Assembly (NCBI RefSeq): GCF_963921235.1
Contig: NC_086097.1
Span: 137,084,001-137,148,000 of the forward strand
DNA: 64,000 bases
Source: Mobula hypostoma
Taxonomy: Eukaryota
Direction: 5' to 3'
Shown here: one piece after another, positions 62,901-64,000 of the stretch
Layout of the letters: every line of letters begins with the position of its first letter
Numbering within the stretch: position 1 is the first letter of the stretch
Notes under the pieces: model-generated
The model's database searches: none
Told to the model about the DNA's origin: nothing
The model's input: the letters and a program-made list of their open reading frames with translations, nothing else
Position numbers and translations under genes: made by a program

Positions 62901-64000
62901 CGCCAAAAACCCCCACACATCCACCGTCCTCCTCGTCTCTCCTCCAACTCCCCGCCAAAACCCCCGCACGTCCACCGTCCTCCCAGCCTCTCCTCCGACT
63001 CCACGCCAAAAACCCCCGCATGTCCACCGTCCTCCCCGTCTCTCCTCCGACTCCCCGCCCAAAACCCCCGCATGTCCACCGTCCTCCCAGTCTCTCCTCC
63101 GACTCCCCGCCAAAAACCCCCGCACGTCCAGCGTCCTCCCCGTCTCTCCTCCAACTCCCTTCCAAAAACCCCGTCCACCGTCCTCCCCGTCTCTCCTCTG
63201 ACTCCCCCCCAAAACCCCAGCACTTCCACCGTCCTTCCAGTCTCTCCTCCGACTCCTCGCCAAAAACCCCCACACGTCCACTGTCCTCGTCCCTCCTCCA
63301 ACTCCCCACCTCAAAACCCCCGCACGTCCACCGTCCTCCCAGTCTCTCCTCCAACTCCCCCCAAAAACCCCGTCCGCCATCCTCCCAGTCTCTCCTCCGA
63401 CTCCCCCCAAAAACCCCGTCCACCGTCCCCCCAGTCTCTCCTCCGACTCCCCCCAAAAACCCCCGCACGTCCGCCGTCCTCCTCATCTCTCCTCCGACTC
63501 CCCCCAAAAACCCCATCCACCATCCTCCTCGTCTCTCCTCTGACTCCCCGCCAAAAACCCCCACACGTCCACTGTCCTCGTCCCTCCTCCAACTCCCCAC
63601 CCCAAAACCCCCGCATGTCCAACATCCTCACAGTTTCTCCTCCGACTCCCTGCCAAAACCCCCACACGTCCACCGTCCTCCCGTCTCTCCTCTGACTCCC
63701 CCCACAAAACCCCGCACGTCCACCGTCCTCCCGTCTCTCCTCCAACTCCCCGCCAAAAAACCCCGCACGTCCACCGTCCTCCCGTCTCTCCTCTGACTCC
63801 CGCCCAAAACCCCGCACGTCCACCGTCCTCCCAGTCTCTCCTCCGACTCCCCCCAAAAACCCGTCCACCGTCCTCCCAGTCTCTCCTCCAACTCCCCCCA
63901 AAAACCCCGTCCACCGTCCTCCCAGTCTCTCCTCCGACTCCCCCCAAAAACCCCGTCCACCGTCCTCCTCGTCTCTCCTCCGACTCCCCAAAAAACTCCG
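39000..64000. repeat. C-rich tandem array (minisatellite/satellite), 46-52 bp units, >25 kb, open at window end
   Basis: Consensus CCCC[CGCAC]GTCCACCGTCCTCCCCGTCTCTCCTCCGACTCCCCGCCAAAAA, head-to-tail in a single orientation. Long (~51-52 bp) and short (~46-47 bp) units are interspersed; roughly 500 copies by length. Confidence 0.99.

Noticed and set aside
38833..63991. Gly/Arg/Glu-rich minus-strand ORFs (RGG-like)
   Set aside because: These are antisense readings of the same repeat, overlapping in three frames.
39000..64000. CRISPR array or telomeric repeat
   Set aside because: There are no unique spacers or cas genes and the context is vertebrate. No (TTAGGG)n tract is present; the C4A4 resemblance is only a sub-motif.

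Overview
Eukaryotic (vertebrate) DNA with no recognisable host gene. The repeat mix of CR1, Rex1/Babar-type and RTE LINEs, Penelope termini, V-SINE and Deu-domain SINEs points to a cartilaginous fish, probably a ray or skate; this is inference. Bases 1 to ~38.6 kb are intronic or intergenic sequence packed with decayed and often nested transposons. These include a Charlie/Buster hAT inside a TIR element with a 6-bp TSD, a Tigger-like element, an internally deleted Gypsy provirus with a tRNA-Trp PBS, several CR1 ORF2 fragments, and RTE and Penelope insertions with clean TSDs. From ~39.0 kb to the window end (>25 kb, roughly 500 units) is one C-rich tandem array of 46-52 bp units. It begins directly after a ~340-bp LTR-like head and shows multi-kb higher-order duplications, domain-restricted variants, CpG-decay variants and G-quadruplex/i-motif potential. 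The very long Pro-rich and Gly/Arg-rich ORFs there are by-products of the repeat. I see no firm evidence for a new biological system. The best candidate for something undescribed is the satellite, which appears to have grown out of an LTR.
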